The notes beneath the pieces were generated by a model. That model did not search any database, was not told the DNA's origin, and worked only from the letters and a program-made list of their open reading frames with translations. From positions 1-60,141 of the forward strand of contig CAVEUC010000006.1 in NCBI GenBank assembly GCA_963619035.1: a stretch of DNA of 60,141 bases, in the 5' to 3' direction. The translations under genes and the position numbers were made by a program. This stretch comes from Lachnospiraceae bacterium GAM79. GTDB taxonomy: Bacteria > Bacillota_I > Bacilli_A > RFN20 > CAG-826. Below, in pieces: positions 48,476-58,046 of this stretch (its first letter is position 1; every line of letters begins with the position of its first letter).

Positions 48476-48503
48476 TTTCCTACTTCTTTATAAGGAGGAG
48501 AAT

Positions 48504-49553
48504 ATGGAAAATAGCAAAACTTTGGTTGATTATTTAAAGGAGCTGGTTATTTCGTTACTATTTATTTTTTTAATAGTAGTAATAATATCAGTTCCAGTCG
48601 TTGAAATTACTTTTTTAAGTAATATCTATTCTTTTAATGTTATATCATTAGCATTAAATAATAATCCCGATATTAATGTTGGGAGAGTTCAAATAATCGA
48701 AATTATATCGTTAATTTGTTTATTAATTTCAATTTTATGTTTTATAAGTGGAATTATTCTTAAATTTAAAGAATTCAAAAAAGCAAAAATAACATTATAT
48801 TTAATTTCTATTTTATTTTTAGTTGCATATCTTTTTATTGTTTTATTAACAAACCAATATTTAGATAATCAATTTTCAATTCTTTCAACATATGGCGGTT
48901 CTACTAATAATAAGACATTTTCTATTTGTAATATTATCGTTATCGCATTGATTTCTATATTATTATTAAGTGAATTAAATGGAGAAATTAAATATTCTAT
49001 ACAAGAAATTTGCGAAACTTCTGTAATGATTGCTTTAGCAGTTGTTCTTGATCAATTTGCTAAGATTCCAATTCAAGCTAATGGTGGTTCAATTTCTTTT
49101 TCACCTGTTCCTTTATTTATTATCGCTATAAGATTTGGCGGGATTAAAGGTTTTATATCCAGTAGTTTAATATTTGGATTAATCACTTGTCTATTAGATG
49201 GATATGGATTACAAACATTTCCTTTTGATTACTTTGTTGCGTTAGCTGGATATGGATTTATTGGTACTTTTGTTAATTTATTTACTAAATTTGCTAAAGG
49301 TAAGAAAAAGAATGAATATGGTTTGATGATAGCAGGAATTTGTGTTGGTGGAATATTGGCTTTAATAACTAGATATGCAGGCCACATGATTAGTGCAGCA
49401 ATTTTATATCAACCAATCACGTTGTTAGATAATTTTATTTATCAATCGACTTATGTTCCTGCAACAATGGGAATTTCTATTGCTGCAATGATAGTTCTTG
49501 CTGGTCCTATAATGATGATTAATAAGGTGTTCAAAGTTAAAAAGAATGGGTAA
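48504..49553 (+). CDS. thiT: ThiT-like thiamine transporter S-component with an extra ~160-aa N-terminal multi-TM region
   Basis: The C-terminal half (ICETSVMIALAVVLDQ...GGSISFSPVPLFIIAIRFG...RYAGHMISAAILY) looks ThiT-like. A TPP riboswitch lies upstream and a TPK gene downstream. Confidence 0.65.
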   Translation: MENSKTLVDYLKELVISLLFIFLIVVIISVPVVEITFLSNIYSFNVISLALNNNPDINVGRVQIIEIISLICLLISILCFISGIILKFKEFKKAKITLYLISILFLVAYLFIVLLTNQYLDNQFSILSTYGGSTNNKTFSICNIIVIALISILLLSELNGEIKYSIQEICETSVMIALAVVLDQFAKIPIQANGGSISFSPVPLFIIAIRFGGIKGFISSSLIFGLITCLLDGYGLQTFPFDYFVALAGYGFIGTFVNLFTKFAKGKKKNEYGLMIAGICVGGILALITRYAGHMISAAILYQPITLLDNFIYQSTYVPATMGISIAAMIVLAGPIMMINKVFKVKKNG

Positions 49554-50172
49554 AACAGGTGTTTTTTATATAATCGGTGCTGGTGAATTTATTAATAATC
49601 ATTTAAAAATTAATGATTTAGATTTTGTATGTGCTTGTGATGGCGGGTATATTCATTGTCTAAATAACAACATTAAGGTTGATATTTTAATTGGTGATTT
49701 TGATAGTTTGGAAGTTGTACCTGATAATGTTAAAATTATTAAATTGAATCCTATTAAAGATGAAACAGATGTTTATGCTGCATTAAATTATGGAATTAAT
49801 CTAGGTTATACAAAATTTAAAATTTATGGTGCGACAGGAAAAAGAGATGAACATACATTCGCAAATATACAAATTTTACATAATTTAAAAACTAAAAATA
49901 TTGAAGCACAAATTATAAATGATAATAAAATTTATGAAGTGTTACATAATCAAACAAAAGAGTTTAACAAAGAAAATAGTGGGTATTTCAGTATGTTTTC
50001 ACTATCTAATACATCACTTGTAACATTAAAAAACTTTAAATATAACGTAGAAAAATATATTTTAAAGAATGATTTTCCTTTAGGAATTGATAATGAATTT
50101 ATAAATAAAGAAGCTTCAATCCGTGTAGATGATGGTTATGTATTAATAGTCTATTACATTAAAAATATATAA
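49546..50172 (+). CDS. thiN: Thiamine pyrophosphokinase
   Basis: GDFDS and KDETD motifs. ~208 aa. Confidence 0.85.
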   Translation: MGKTGVFYIIGAGEFINNHLKINDLDFVCACDGGYIHCLNNNIKVDILIGDFDSLEVVPDNVKIIKLNPIKDETDVYAALNYGINLGYTKFKIYGATGKRDEHTFANIQILHNLKTKNIEAQIINDNKIYEVLHNQTKEFNKENSGYFSMFSLSNTSLVTLKNFKYNVEKYILKNDFPLGIDNEFINKEASIRVDDGYVLIVYYIKNI

Positions 50173-50249
50173 ATATAATTTATATATTACTAACATAAAA
50201 CGCCTATATCGTTTATAATAATTTCATACGTATGTAGGAGTATTTATTT

Positions 50250-51317
50250 ATGGGATTTAAAAAGTATGAAGAGAAAGTAACTTCTGAAGTAGAAAAAGAA
50301 GAAGAAACTAAAGAAATTGAAGAAGAGAAAAATAACGAAGAATTAATTAATAGTGTTATTGATTCTAATGCTCTTTTAGAAGAAGAAGAAAATAAAAAAG
50401 AAGTAACCACTGATCAAGTTGAATTAACTAAAAAAATAAATGACGCTAGATCAAAATATTGGGCTTTTAATAAAAAAGTTAAAAGAATAAATTATATTGT
50501 TACTGGTGTTTCAACTGTTTTAATGGTTGGTGTATTTATTTTAACATTAGTTTTTCAAAATCAATATTCTTGGATGCTATATCTTGCTTTAGGTGCGTTT
50601 GTTCTTGCTTTAATTGCAATGGTAGTTACTACTAAAGTTAATAAAAACAAATTACAAGGTAAAGCTAATGATTATATTAATGAATTATTTTCTTTATCTG
50701 CGGGTTATCTTTATAGAGATGAAAAATTTACAAAAGTTAATTATTTATCTCAAAATCAATTAGATGATCAAGTTTTTATTAATGCCCATTTTTACAAAAA
50801 TATTAAAAATACTAGAAGTAGAAATTATGTTGAAGTTGAATATAATGGAAAGGTTTTAACATCTGTTGATATTGCAGGAAATATTTTAGTAAAGAATAGA
50901 ATGTCTCCAATGTTTTTAGGAAGAATGTACGTCTATCCAAATAATTATGAAGGTGATAAAGTAATAATTGCTCAACTTAAAGGTGGCCAACTTTCTAAAC
51001 CTCTCGATGATATTGATGATCTTAAATTAGTTGATGGTGGAACTAATAGTTCATATGTTGTATATACAAATGATGAAGGATACAAGAAAGTATTTAATTC
51101 AAAAGTCTTATCTACATTAAGAAAATTTAGAATTGATAAAACTTTAATAGATGTTATTGTTTCAATTAGAGCAGGTTACACAACGATTGGTATTGATTAT
51201 TGTGATGAATTTTTAAATATTCCTGTTGAGTCTGATTTTAATATTAATACTTTAAGAAGAAGTGAAAAGGATTTGGAATTAGTCCTTGAAATGATAGATG
51301 AAATAAACAAGAAATAA
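50250..51317 (+). CDS. Membrane protein with an acidic N-terminus, two TM helices and a C-terminal globular domain (possibly DUF3137-like)
   Basis: E-rich first 60 aa. TM helices IVTGVSTVLMVGVFILTLVF and LYLALGAFVLALIAMVV. RBS taGGAGtattt. Confidence 0.55.
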   Translation: MGFKKYEEKVTSEVEKEEETKEIEEEKNNEELINSVIDSNALLEEEENKKEVTTDQVELTKKINDARSKYWAFNKKVKRINYIVTGVSTVLMVGVFILTLVFQNQYSWMLYLALGAFVLALIAMVVTTKVNKNKLQGKANDYINELFSLSAGYLYRDEKFTKVNYLSQNQLDDQVFINAHFYKNIKNTRSRNYVEVEYNGKVLTSVDIAGNILVKNRMSPMFLGRMYVYPNNYEGDKVIIAQLKGGQLSKPLDDIDDLKLVDGGTNSSYVVYTNDEGYKKVFNSKVLSTLRKFRIDKTLIDVIVSIRAGYTTIGIDYCDEFLNIPVESDFNINTLRRSEKDLELVLEMIDEINKK

Positions 51318-51326
51318 GGTGTCATT

Positions 51327-52337
51327 ATGGAAAAACTTGAAGGAAAGTGGATAGAAGTTCAAGGATATAAACATGATGGCAGGATGCATAGAATTTGGGA
51401 TTCAACTTACGTAGTTGAAGAGACTGAAGATTATATTGTTGTTTCTAGTAAAAAAGTAAAAGTAATCGAACACGATTTTAGAATTTGGTATACAAAAGAA
51501 CCTGCTATAATGGTTTATTTCAAAAAACGTTGGTGGAATGTCATAGCGATGTTTAAAAAAGGCGGGATTACTTATTATGTAAATCTTGCTTCACCTTATA
51601 TTTTCGATAAAGGTAGAATTAAATATATCGATTATGATCTTGATATTAAAAAATATCCAAATAATACAATTAAATTAATTGATGTTAAAGAATATGGATA
51701 TCATAAGAAAAAATATCAATATGGTGATGATATCGATAGAATTTTACGCTTTAACATTAACGAAATTAAGGAGATGATGAATAAAAAAGAATTTCCTTTT
51801 AATGATAAAAAGATTCAAGAATATTACGATAAATTTTTAAAAGAAACTTGTAAGAAGGATATGACTATGGAAATTAAATTAACTAGTAAATCTGATGAAG
51901 AAACTAAAAAAATTGGAGAAAAAATATCTCAAAAATTATTTAAAGGAAGCTTAATTACTTTAACTGGTGATTTAGGCGCTGGAAAAACTACAATCACTAA
52001 AGGAATTGCAAAAGGTTTAGGAATTGAAGATGAAGTAAATTCACCAACATTTAATATTCTTAAATGTTACTTTAATAAAAATATGAATTTATATCATATT
52101 GATGCTTATAGACTTGAAGATGTTGATGATGAAAATAAAAACATCGGGTTAGAAGAAGTTATTGAAGGTGATGGTGTTTGCGTTGTCGAATGGCCTATGT
52201 TTATTAAAGAATTTTTATTAGATGATTATTTAAATATTAATATTCATTTAGTTGATGATTCTACAAGAGAGATAGTTATTAAATCACATGGTAAAAAATA
52301 TGATCAAATAATTAATCAATTAAAGGAGATTTTTTAA
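51327..52337 (+). CDS. tsaE: In-frame fusion of a DUF402 (Ntdp-like nucleoside di/triphosphatase) domain and the t6A ATPase TsaE
   Basis: Residues 1-178 (GYKHDGRMHRIW...YYVNLASPY...IDYDLDIK) look like DUF402. Residues 179-336 carry TsaE motifs TGDLGAGKTT, SPTFNI and HIDAYRL. No stop codon lies between the two parts. Confidence 0.8.
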   Translation: MEKLEGKWIEVQGYKHDGRMHRIWDSTYVVEETEDYIVVSSKKVKVIEHDFRIWYTKEPAIMVYFKKRWWNVIAMFKKGGITYYVNLASPYIFDKGRIKYIDYDLDIKKYPNNTIKLIDVKEYGYHKKKYQYGDDIDRILRFNINEIKEMMNKKEFPFNDKKIQEYYDKFLKETCKKDMTMEIKLTSKSDEETKKIGEKISQKLFKGSLITLTGDLGAGKTTITKGIAKGLGIEDEVNSPTFNILKCYFNKNMNLYHIDAYRLEDVDDENKNIGLEEVIEGDGVCVVEWPMFIKEFLLDDYLNINIHLVDDSTREIVIKSHGKKYDQIINQLKEIF

Positions 52338-52339
52338 TT

Positions 52340-52924
52340 ATGTATAGTTTAATGTTAGATTCTTCGTATAAAGATTTAGTTGTTGGCTTAGGTAAAGATG
52401 GAAAATTAGTTTCTGAAACTGCTTATGAATGTTTTCAAAAACAAAGCGAATATATGATTCCTGAAATTAAAAACATTTTAGATAAAAATGGTGTTAATCC
52501 AAAAGAAATTAATGAAGTTTTTGTAACAGTTGGTCCAGGAAGTTATACAGGAGTTAGAATAGCTTTAACTATTGCAAAAGTATATTGCTATTCTTTAAAA
52601 ATAAATTGTTATGCTTATTCAAGTTTAAAAGTATTACAAAAGCATGATGCTACTTCAATTTGTTTGATTAATGCTAGAAGCAATAGATCTTATATTGGTG
52701 TTTATAAAAACAATGAAGCAATATTAAAAGATCAAATCATGAAAAATGAAGAAGTTAAAGAATATATTGAAAATCATAAGGATTTTGTTGTTTGTGGAGA
52801 TACAGAATATTTAGAAATTGAAGGATATAAAGCTTCTATTTCTTCTAATATGTTAGACTTAAAAAATGACGAAGATTTAGTTAAAAATATTATGACTTTA
52901 AAAGCTGTTTATATGAAAGATTAA
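52340..52924 (+). CDS. tsaB: tRNA t6A37 biosynthesis protein TsaB
   Basis: LDSS...GPGSYTGVRIALT. Operon position between tsaE and rimI. Confidence 0.85.
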   Translation: MYSLMLDSSYKDLVVGLGKDGKLVSETAYECFQKQSEYMIPEIKNILDKNGVNPKEINEVFVTVGPGSYTGVRIALTIAKVYCYSLKINCYAYSSLKVLQKHDATSICLINARSNRSYIGVYKNNEAILKDQIMKNEEVKEYIENHKDFVVCGDTEYLEIEGYKASISSNMLDLKNDEDLVKNIMTLKAVYMKD

Positions 52925-52925
52925 T

Positions 52926-53363
52926 ATGGAAATTGTAGCTGCAAATAATAATGATATTAATGAACTATTCGAGTTAGATAAAAAATGTTTTGAAGAACAT
53001 TTAAAAATATCTGATTTAGAATATGAATTAACTGAAAATCCATTTTCTCACACATTGATTATTAAAAACGATTGGGAAATAGTGGGTTATTTGATTTATT
53101 GGATTACTTTTAATAGCTCAACAATATTTAGAATTTGTGTAGATTCTAAATATCGAAAACAAGGTTTAGCTACTTTATTAATTAAAGAGAGTGAAAAAAA
53201 GATTAAAGAAGAAAATTCAGAGTTTTATACATTAGAAGTCAGGAAAAGCAATCTTGCAGCAATTAATTTATATAAGAAAAATGGTTTTTTAGAAGTGTGT
53301 ATTAAAAAGGGATATTATAGTAATGGAGAAGATGCCATTTATATGGTAAAAGGAGAAATCTAA
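52926..53363 (+). CDS. rimI: Ribosomal-protein-alanine N-acetyltransferase (GNAT)
   Basis: GNAT motif RKQGLATLLI...NLAAINLYKKNGF. Conserved tsaB-rimI-tsaD order. Confidence 0.8.
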   Translation: MEIVAANNNDINELFELDKKCFEEHLKISDLEYELTENPFSHTLIIKNDWEIVGYLIYWITFNSSTIFRICVDSKYRKQGLATLLIKESEKKIKEENSEFYTLEVRKSNLAAINLYKKNGFLEVCIKKGYYSNGEDAIYMVKGEI

Positions 53364-53364
53364 T

Positions 53365-54378
53365 ATGGATAGAATTATATTAGCATTAGAAAGTAGCTGT
53401 GATGAAACTAGTTGTGCAATTATTAAAAATGGTCAATTATTATCAAATATTGTTTCTAGTCAAATAGAAGTTCACCAAAAGTATGGTGGAGTTATGCCTG
53501 AAATTGCTTCTAGATTGCATTTAGAAAATGTTTTAGCGGTTATTGATGATGCTTTAAATGTTGCAAATGTTAAATTAGAAGATATTACGGCGTTTGCTGT
53601 TACAAGGGGTCCAGGATTAATAGGAGCATTGCATGTTGGTTTACAAGCTATTAAAACATTAGCATTAATTTATAATAAACCAATAATTCCTGTTCACCAT
53701 TTAACTGGACATATATATGCAAATGAGTTTGTTGGTGAATTAAAATTTCCTTTATTAGCAGTTGTTGTAAGTGGAGGAAATACAGAATTGGTTTTAATGA
53801 AGGATCATCTTGAATTTGAAATAATAGGTGAAACAAAAGATGATGCTATAGGAGAATCTTTTGATAAAGTTGCTAGGGTTATTGGATTACCTTATCCTGG
53901 AGGTGTTGCTATTGATAAATTAGCTAAAACAGGAAAACACACTTATAAATTACCTACACCAATGCATGATGGAAGTTTAAATGTAAGTTATAGTGGTTTA
54001 AAAACTGCTGTAATAAATTTGGCTCATAATCTTGAACAAAAAGGTGAAAAGATAGTTGTAGAAGATTTAGCTCGTTCTTTTGAAGATGTTGCTGTAGGAA
54101 TGATTATTGATAGAATTAAAAGAGCAACAGAAATGTATGATATAAAACAAATTATATTAGCTGGTGGAGTTAGTGCTAATAGTTATTTAAGAAGTGAAGT
54201 TGTATCTTTATTTAAAGATAGTGATATAGATGTTATTATTCCTCCAATTTGGTGTACAACAGATAACGCTGCTATGATTGCTAAAGTAGCTGATCATCTT
54301 TATGATAAAGGGGTATTTGCAGATTTATCTTTAGGAGTTGATCCATCTTGGAGAATTGAAGATTACAAGAGATACTAA
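53365..54378 (+). CDS. tsaD: tRNA N6-adenosine threonylcarbamoyltransferase TsaD
   Basis: LALESSCDETS, VHHLTGH and GGVSAN motifs. Confidence 0.95.
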   Translation: MDRIILALESSCDETSCAIIKNGQLLSNIVSSQIEVHQKYGGVMPEIASRLHLENVLAVIDDALNVANVKLEDITAFAVTRGPGLIGALHVGLQAIKTLALIYNKPIIPVHHLTGHIYANEFVGELKFPLLAVVVSGGNTELVLMKDHLEFEIIGETKDDAIGESFDKVARVIGLPYPGGVAIDKLAKTGKHTYKLPTPMHDGSLNVSYSGLKTAVINLAHNLEQKGEKIVVEDLARSFEDVAVGMIIDRIKRATEMYDIKQIILAGGVSANSYLRSEVVSLFKDSDIDVIIPPIWCTTDNAAMIAKVADHLYDKGVFADLSLGVDPSWRIEDYKRY

Positions 54379-54409
54379 ATTATAGTATAATAATTATTGA
54401 GGTTTTATT

Positions 54410-55792
54410 ATGAGTCAAGAAAGAAGTTTAACAGTTAAAAAATTATATATTTCATTAGAAAATAAATGTTTAAATGAAGATAGTTGTGTTGTATTAGAAG
54501 GTTGGGTTAGAAGCAATAGAAATAATGGAAGTGTTGGCTTTATTGATTTTAATGATGGAAGTTGTTTTAAAAATATTCAATTAGTTTATTCAAAAGATAG
54601 TGCTAATTACGATAATATTTCTAAAATTAAATATGGTTCAAGCATTAAAGCGGTTGGATTTATTAAATTAACTCCAGAAAATAAACAACCATTTGAAATC
54701 ATTTTGGAAAACGCTACTGTTTTAGGTGAATGTAGCGAAGATTATCCTCTTCAAAAGAAGAGACATTCTTTTGAATTTTTAAGAGATATTGCTTATTTAA
54801 GACCAAGAGCAAATACTTTTAATGCTGTTTTTAGAGTTAGAAATACTCTTGCTTATGCGATTCATAAATATTTCCAAGAACATGGATTTATGTATGTTCA
54901 TACTCCTGAAATTACAGCTAATGATGCTGAAGGTGCTGGACAAGTTTTCCATGTTGCTAGCGATTTAAAAAATCCTACAGAATTCTTTAATTCAAGTGCA
55001 TGTTTAACTGTTAGTGGTCAATTACATGTTGAAGCTTTTGCTTTAGCTTTTAGAGATGTTTATACATTTGGACCTACATTTAGAGCAGAAAATTCTAACA
55101 CAACAAGACATGCAAGTGAATTCTGGATGATTGAACCTGAAATTGCTTTTGCTGATTTAGAGGATGATATGAACTTAATGGAATCTTTCTTAAAATATAT
55201 TATTCAATACGTTTTAGATAATTGTCCTGATGAAATGAATTTCTTTAATACTATGATTGATAAGACAGTTTTAGATAAATTACATCATATTTTAAATACT
55301 CCATTTAAGAGAATGACATATACAGAAGGTATTGAATTATTAAAAGAAGCAGTTAAGAATGGCCATAAATTTGACTACGATAATATCGAATGGGGTATGG
55401 ATCTCCAAAGTGAGCATGAAAGATATTTAACTGAAGAAATCGTTAAAGGTCCTATGTTTTTAATAGATTTTCCTAAAGAAATTAAAGCTTTCTATATGAA
55501 ATTAAATCCAGATAATAAAACAGTTGCTGCATGTGATTTATTAGTTCCAGGTGTCGGAGAAATTTGTGGTGGTTCTCAAAGAGAAGAAAATTATGAAATT
55601 TTAAAGAAAAAGATGGAAGAACTTGGAAATGATAAAGGCCTTGAATGGTATTTAGATTTGAGAAAATATGGTGGTTGTATTCATTCGGGTTTCGGATTAG
55701 GTTTTGATAGATTAATTATGTATATCACAGGTATTTCTAATATTAGAGATGTTCAACCTTACCCAAGAACACCAGGGAGCTTAAAATATTAA
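54410..55792 (+). CDS. asnS: Asparagine--tRNA ligase
   Basis: Class IIb motifs FRAENSNTTRHASEFWMIEPE and GFGLGFDRL. 460 aa. Confidence 0.95.
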   Translation: MSQERSLTVKKLYISLENKCLNEDSCVVLEGWVRSNRNNGSVGFIDFNDGSCFKNIQLVYSKDSANYDNISKIKYGSSIKAVGFIKLTPENKQPFEIILENATVLGECSEDYPLQKKRHSFEFLRDIAYLRPRANTFNAVFRVRNTLAYAIHKYFQEHGFMYVHTPEITANDAEGAGQVFHVASDLKNPTEFFNSSACLTVSGQLHVEAFALAFRDVYTFGPTFRAENSNTTRHASEFWMIEPEIAFADLEDDMNLMESFLKYIIQYVLDNCPDEMNFFNTMIDKTVLDKLHHILNTPFKRMTYTEGIELLKEAVKNGHKFDYDNIEWGMDLQSEHERYLTEEIVKGPMFLIDFPKEIKAFYMKLNPDNKTVAACDLLVPGVGEICGGSQREENYEILKKKMEELGNDKGLEWYLDLRKYGGCIHSGFGLGFDRLIMYITGISNIRDVQPYPRTPGSLKY

Positions 55793-55794
55793 AA

Positions 55795-56043
55795 ATGAAA
55801 GAAGAAAAAGTATTAATTGAAAGAGAAAGTGATTCTAGAGACTTAAGTTCTACTAGAAACTTTTCTCAAGAAGAAACTCCTTCAGTTAAAAAAGAAATTA
55901 GTGTTGAAGAAGCAAAAAAAATCGAAGAAAAGAAAGTTTCTACTTCTAGATTATTTATTTTGTTTTTAATATTAGATATTTTATTAGGTTCTTTTGTAAT
56001 TGTTGAAATTATCCTTTTATTTGTTAATGTTATAAAAGGCTAA
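55795..56043 (+). CDS. Small tail-anchored membrane protein (82 aa)
   Basis: Charged N-terminus and one C-terminal TM helix. Starts 2 nt after asnS. Confidence 0.45.
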   Translation: MKEEKVLIERESDSRDLSSTRNFSQEETPSVKKEISVEEAKKIEEKKVSTSRLFILFLILDILLGSFVIVEIILLFVNVIKG

Positions 56044-56786
56044 TTTGTTTGATTTTGTTTATTGATTTCTTGACCATTATGGCTTTGTTCAGTTGCAACA
56101 GGCATAGTGGTTTTTTCTTTGTCGTCTAAAATTGTTGAATTGGTTGTATTAATAAAATGCATCAAATCTACGCCATCTAAATCTTTAGAGAACATAGATT
56201 GACATAATTTAAAGATTCTATATTTTCTTGCGATATATCCTCCAACTTGAATGAAGTACATAAATAAAGCTATTATTAATAATGAAATATTGATAACAGA
56301 AATAATTAAGTACCATAAATCATTAGGATATTCATTAAAAATAGAGACTGCTTTAATATTAGAAAAGTCAAATCCTAATGGAGCGTAATAAACTAATTCA
56401 CCTTGCCATGGGAAAATTGTTCTTCCAAAAACATAGAACATTGAAAGGTAGTTTCCGTCATGAGTTGGTTGATATATAGAAATGCAAACGATATAAACTA
56501 ATAAAGTAACTAACATTATTGAAAATGCTGGAATTGAATGTTTAAAGAAAAATATTTTAGATTTATAATTCGCAATTCTTTTGAAATCTTTTTCGTTATT
56601 AACGACTTTGCTTAATATTAATTTAGACATTAATTTATCAACTCTTTTTTGTTGATTCTTTATTAATACTTGAATACCTCTTCCAATCAATCCAAAAATA
56701 AAGAAGATGCTTAAAACAATAACAACAATCGTTATTAAAACTTTATAAAAAGAACTATCACTAAATTTCTTATTCTCATTGGCCAT
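56040..56786 (-). CDS. Hypothetical polytopic membrane protein (248 aa)
   Basis: Several hydrophobic helices. Overlaps the upstream gene by 11 nt. No motif recognised. Confidence 0.55.
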   Translation of the reverse strand: MANENKKFSDSSFYKVLITIVVIVLSIFFIFGLIGRGIQVLIKNQQKRVDKLMSKLILSKVVNNEKDFKRIANYKSKIFFFKHSIPAFSIMLVTLLVYIVCISIYQPTHDGNYLSMFYVFGRTIFPWQGELVYYAPLGFDFSNIKAVSIFNEYPNDLWYLIISVINISLLIIALFMYFIQVGGYIARKYRIFKLCQSMFSKDLDGVDLMHFINTTNSTILDDKEKTTMPVATEQSHNGQEINKQNQTN

Positions 56787-57177
56787 CGTTATTACCTTCT
56801 AAAAAACCGTTTACGTTATCACTATTGGATTGATCTAAAAAATCTACAGGCTTTAAACCTTCACTATTGTTAGATTTTGGGGAAATATTAATTTGATTAT
56901 ATGTGTTATTGTAAGTAACAGAACTGTTATTAACTGTTTGAGTTTGCATTTGAGGATTTAAATTTATTCCGTTTTTTAATATTTCATCAGCTTTTAAATC
57001 TTCAGGTAACATTAATGAATATTTTTTACCTTTAAAGAATAAAACAAGACCTTTTATAGACATTACAATAAAAACTACGAATAAATATAATCCGTAAATG
57101 ACTAATCCTACTAAAATAAATGGTAATCCTATAAAAAATAAGAAACCTTCACCAAAAATTTTTAAGAAATCTAACAT
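56776..57177 (-). CDS. Hypothetical membrane protein (133 aa) with an N/Q-rich tail
   Basis: Two N-terminal TM helices followed by a low-complexity N/Q/S region. Confidence 0.5.
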   Translation of the reverse strand: MLDFLKIFGEGFLFFIGLPFILVGLVIYGLYLFVVFIVMSIKGLVLFFKGKKYSLMLPEDLKADEILKNGINLNPQMQTQTVNNSSVTYNNTYNQINISPKSNNSEGLKPVDFLDQSNSDNVNGFLEGNNDGQ

Positions 57178-57261
57178 ATTTATATTGTAATTTAATAGTG
57201 TTAAAATTTAAAGATAATTAAATTAATAATTAATTTAAAAATTAAAAATAAGGGAGAGATT

Positions 57262-57591
57262 ATGAATAAAGAAACAAGAGAAAGAATAAAAAAATTTGTA
57301 GATGATAGAGATTGGGATAAATTTCATTCTCCTGCTAATTTAGCAAAATCAATATCAATAGAAGCAAATGAATTATTAGAATGTTTTCAATGGGATGAAA
57401 TAAATTTTGATTTAGAACATGTTAAAGAAGAGTTAGCTGATGTTATTGTTTATTGTTATGATTTGATTAATAAATTAGATTTAAATGATGATGAGATTAT
57501 CAATTCAAAGATGGATAAAAACGAGAAAAAATATCCTGTTGAATTAGCTAAAGGTAATGCAAAAAAATATACAGAATTAAAAAATCACTAG
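57262..57591 (+). CDS. MazG-like nucleotide pyrophosphohydrolase (small all-alpha NTP-PPase)
   Basis: EANELLE...EELADVIVY metal-binding EExxE/D pattern. RBS aaGGGAGAgatt. Confidence 0.8.
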   Translation: MNKETRERIKKFVDDRDWDKFHSPANLAKSISIEANELLECFQWDEINFDLEHVKEELADVIVYCYDLINKLDLNDDEIINSKMDKNEKKYPVELAKGNAKKYTELKNH

Positions 57592-57609
57592 GATTTCCTA
57601 GTGATTTTT
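57581..57609. terminator. Bidirectional terminator between convergent genes
   Basis: Stem atcactagg / cctagtgat with a 4-nt loop, flanked by an A-run and a T-run. Overlaps the TAG stop. Confidence 0.8.
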
Positions 57610-57623
57610 ATATTTCTTCTTAA

Positions 57624-58004
57624 TTATTTTGCATCGATTACGTTTTTATTTTCGTTTTGTAATTTAGTGTAATTTTTGACTTTTCTATTCCATAGAACAA
57701 ATGCTAGAACTATTAAAACTACACCAGGAACAACAAATATTCCACCAAATGTTAAACATCCAACTCCAGTTCCGATATTTTGAATTATGTATGCTGGTAT
57801 ATTTTCCATAATTACAGTTTGTGTTGAACTATCGTAATATTTGCTTGGATTTTCTTGAACTAAATACATTAATTCTAAGAAAGCTTGAGAGTATACTATA
57901 ATTCCAACAAGAAGTAATATAGCTCCAAAAGCTAATGCAATAGATCCAAGTATGATAAATAATTTTTTCAATTTTTTAAATTTTGTAATTTCTTGTTCGT
58001 ACAT
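57624..58004 (-). CDS. Hypothetical membrane protein (126 aa)
   Basis: Two TM helices, one near each end. No motif recognised. Confidence 0.5.
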   Translation of the reverse strand: MYEQEITKFKKLKKLFIILGSIALAFGAILLLVGIIVYSQAFLELMYLVQENPSKYYDSSTQTVIMENIPAYIIQNIGTGVGCLTFGGIFVVPGVVLIVLAFVLWNRKVKNYTKLQNENKNVIDAK

Positions 58005-58046
58005 ATATTTTCTCCTATTAACTTAATTAAATAATAATTTTTGGTG

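Noticed and set aside
54379-54409. Possible T-box leader upstream of asnS.
   Set aside because: The intergenic space is only 31 nt, far too short for a T-box.
57218-57238. A 21-bp AT-only palindrome, ttaaattaat-a-attaatttaa, in the divergent region upstream of the MazG-like gene.
   Set aside because: It is composed purely of A/T in a very AT-rich intergenic region, so chance symmetry is plausible. There is no supporting context.
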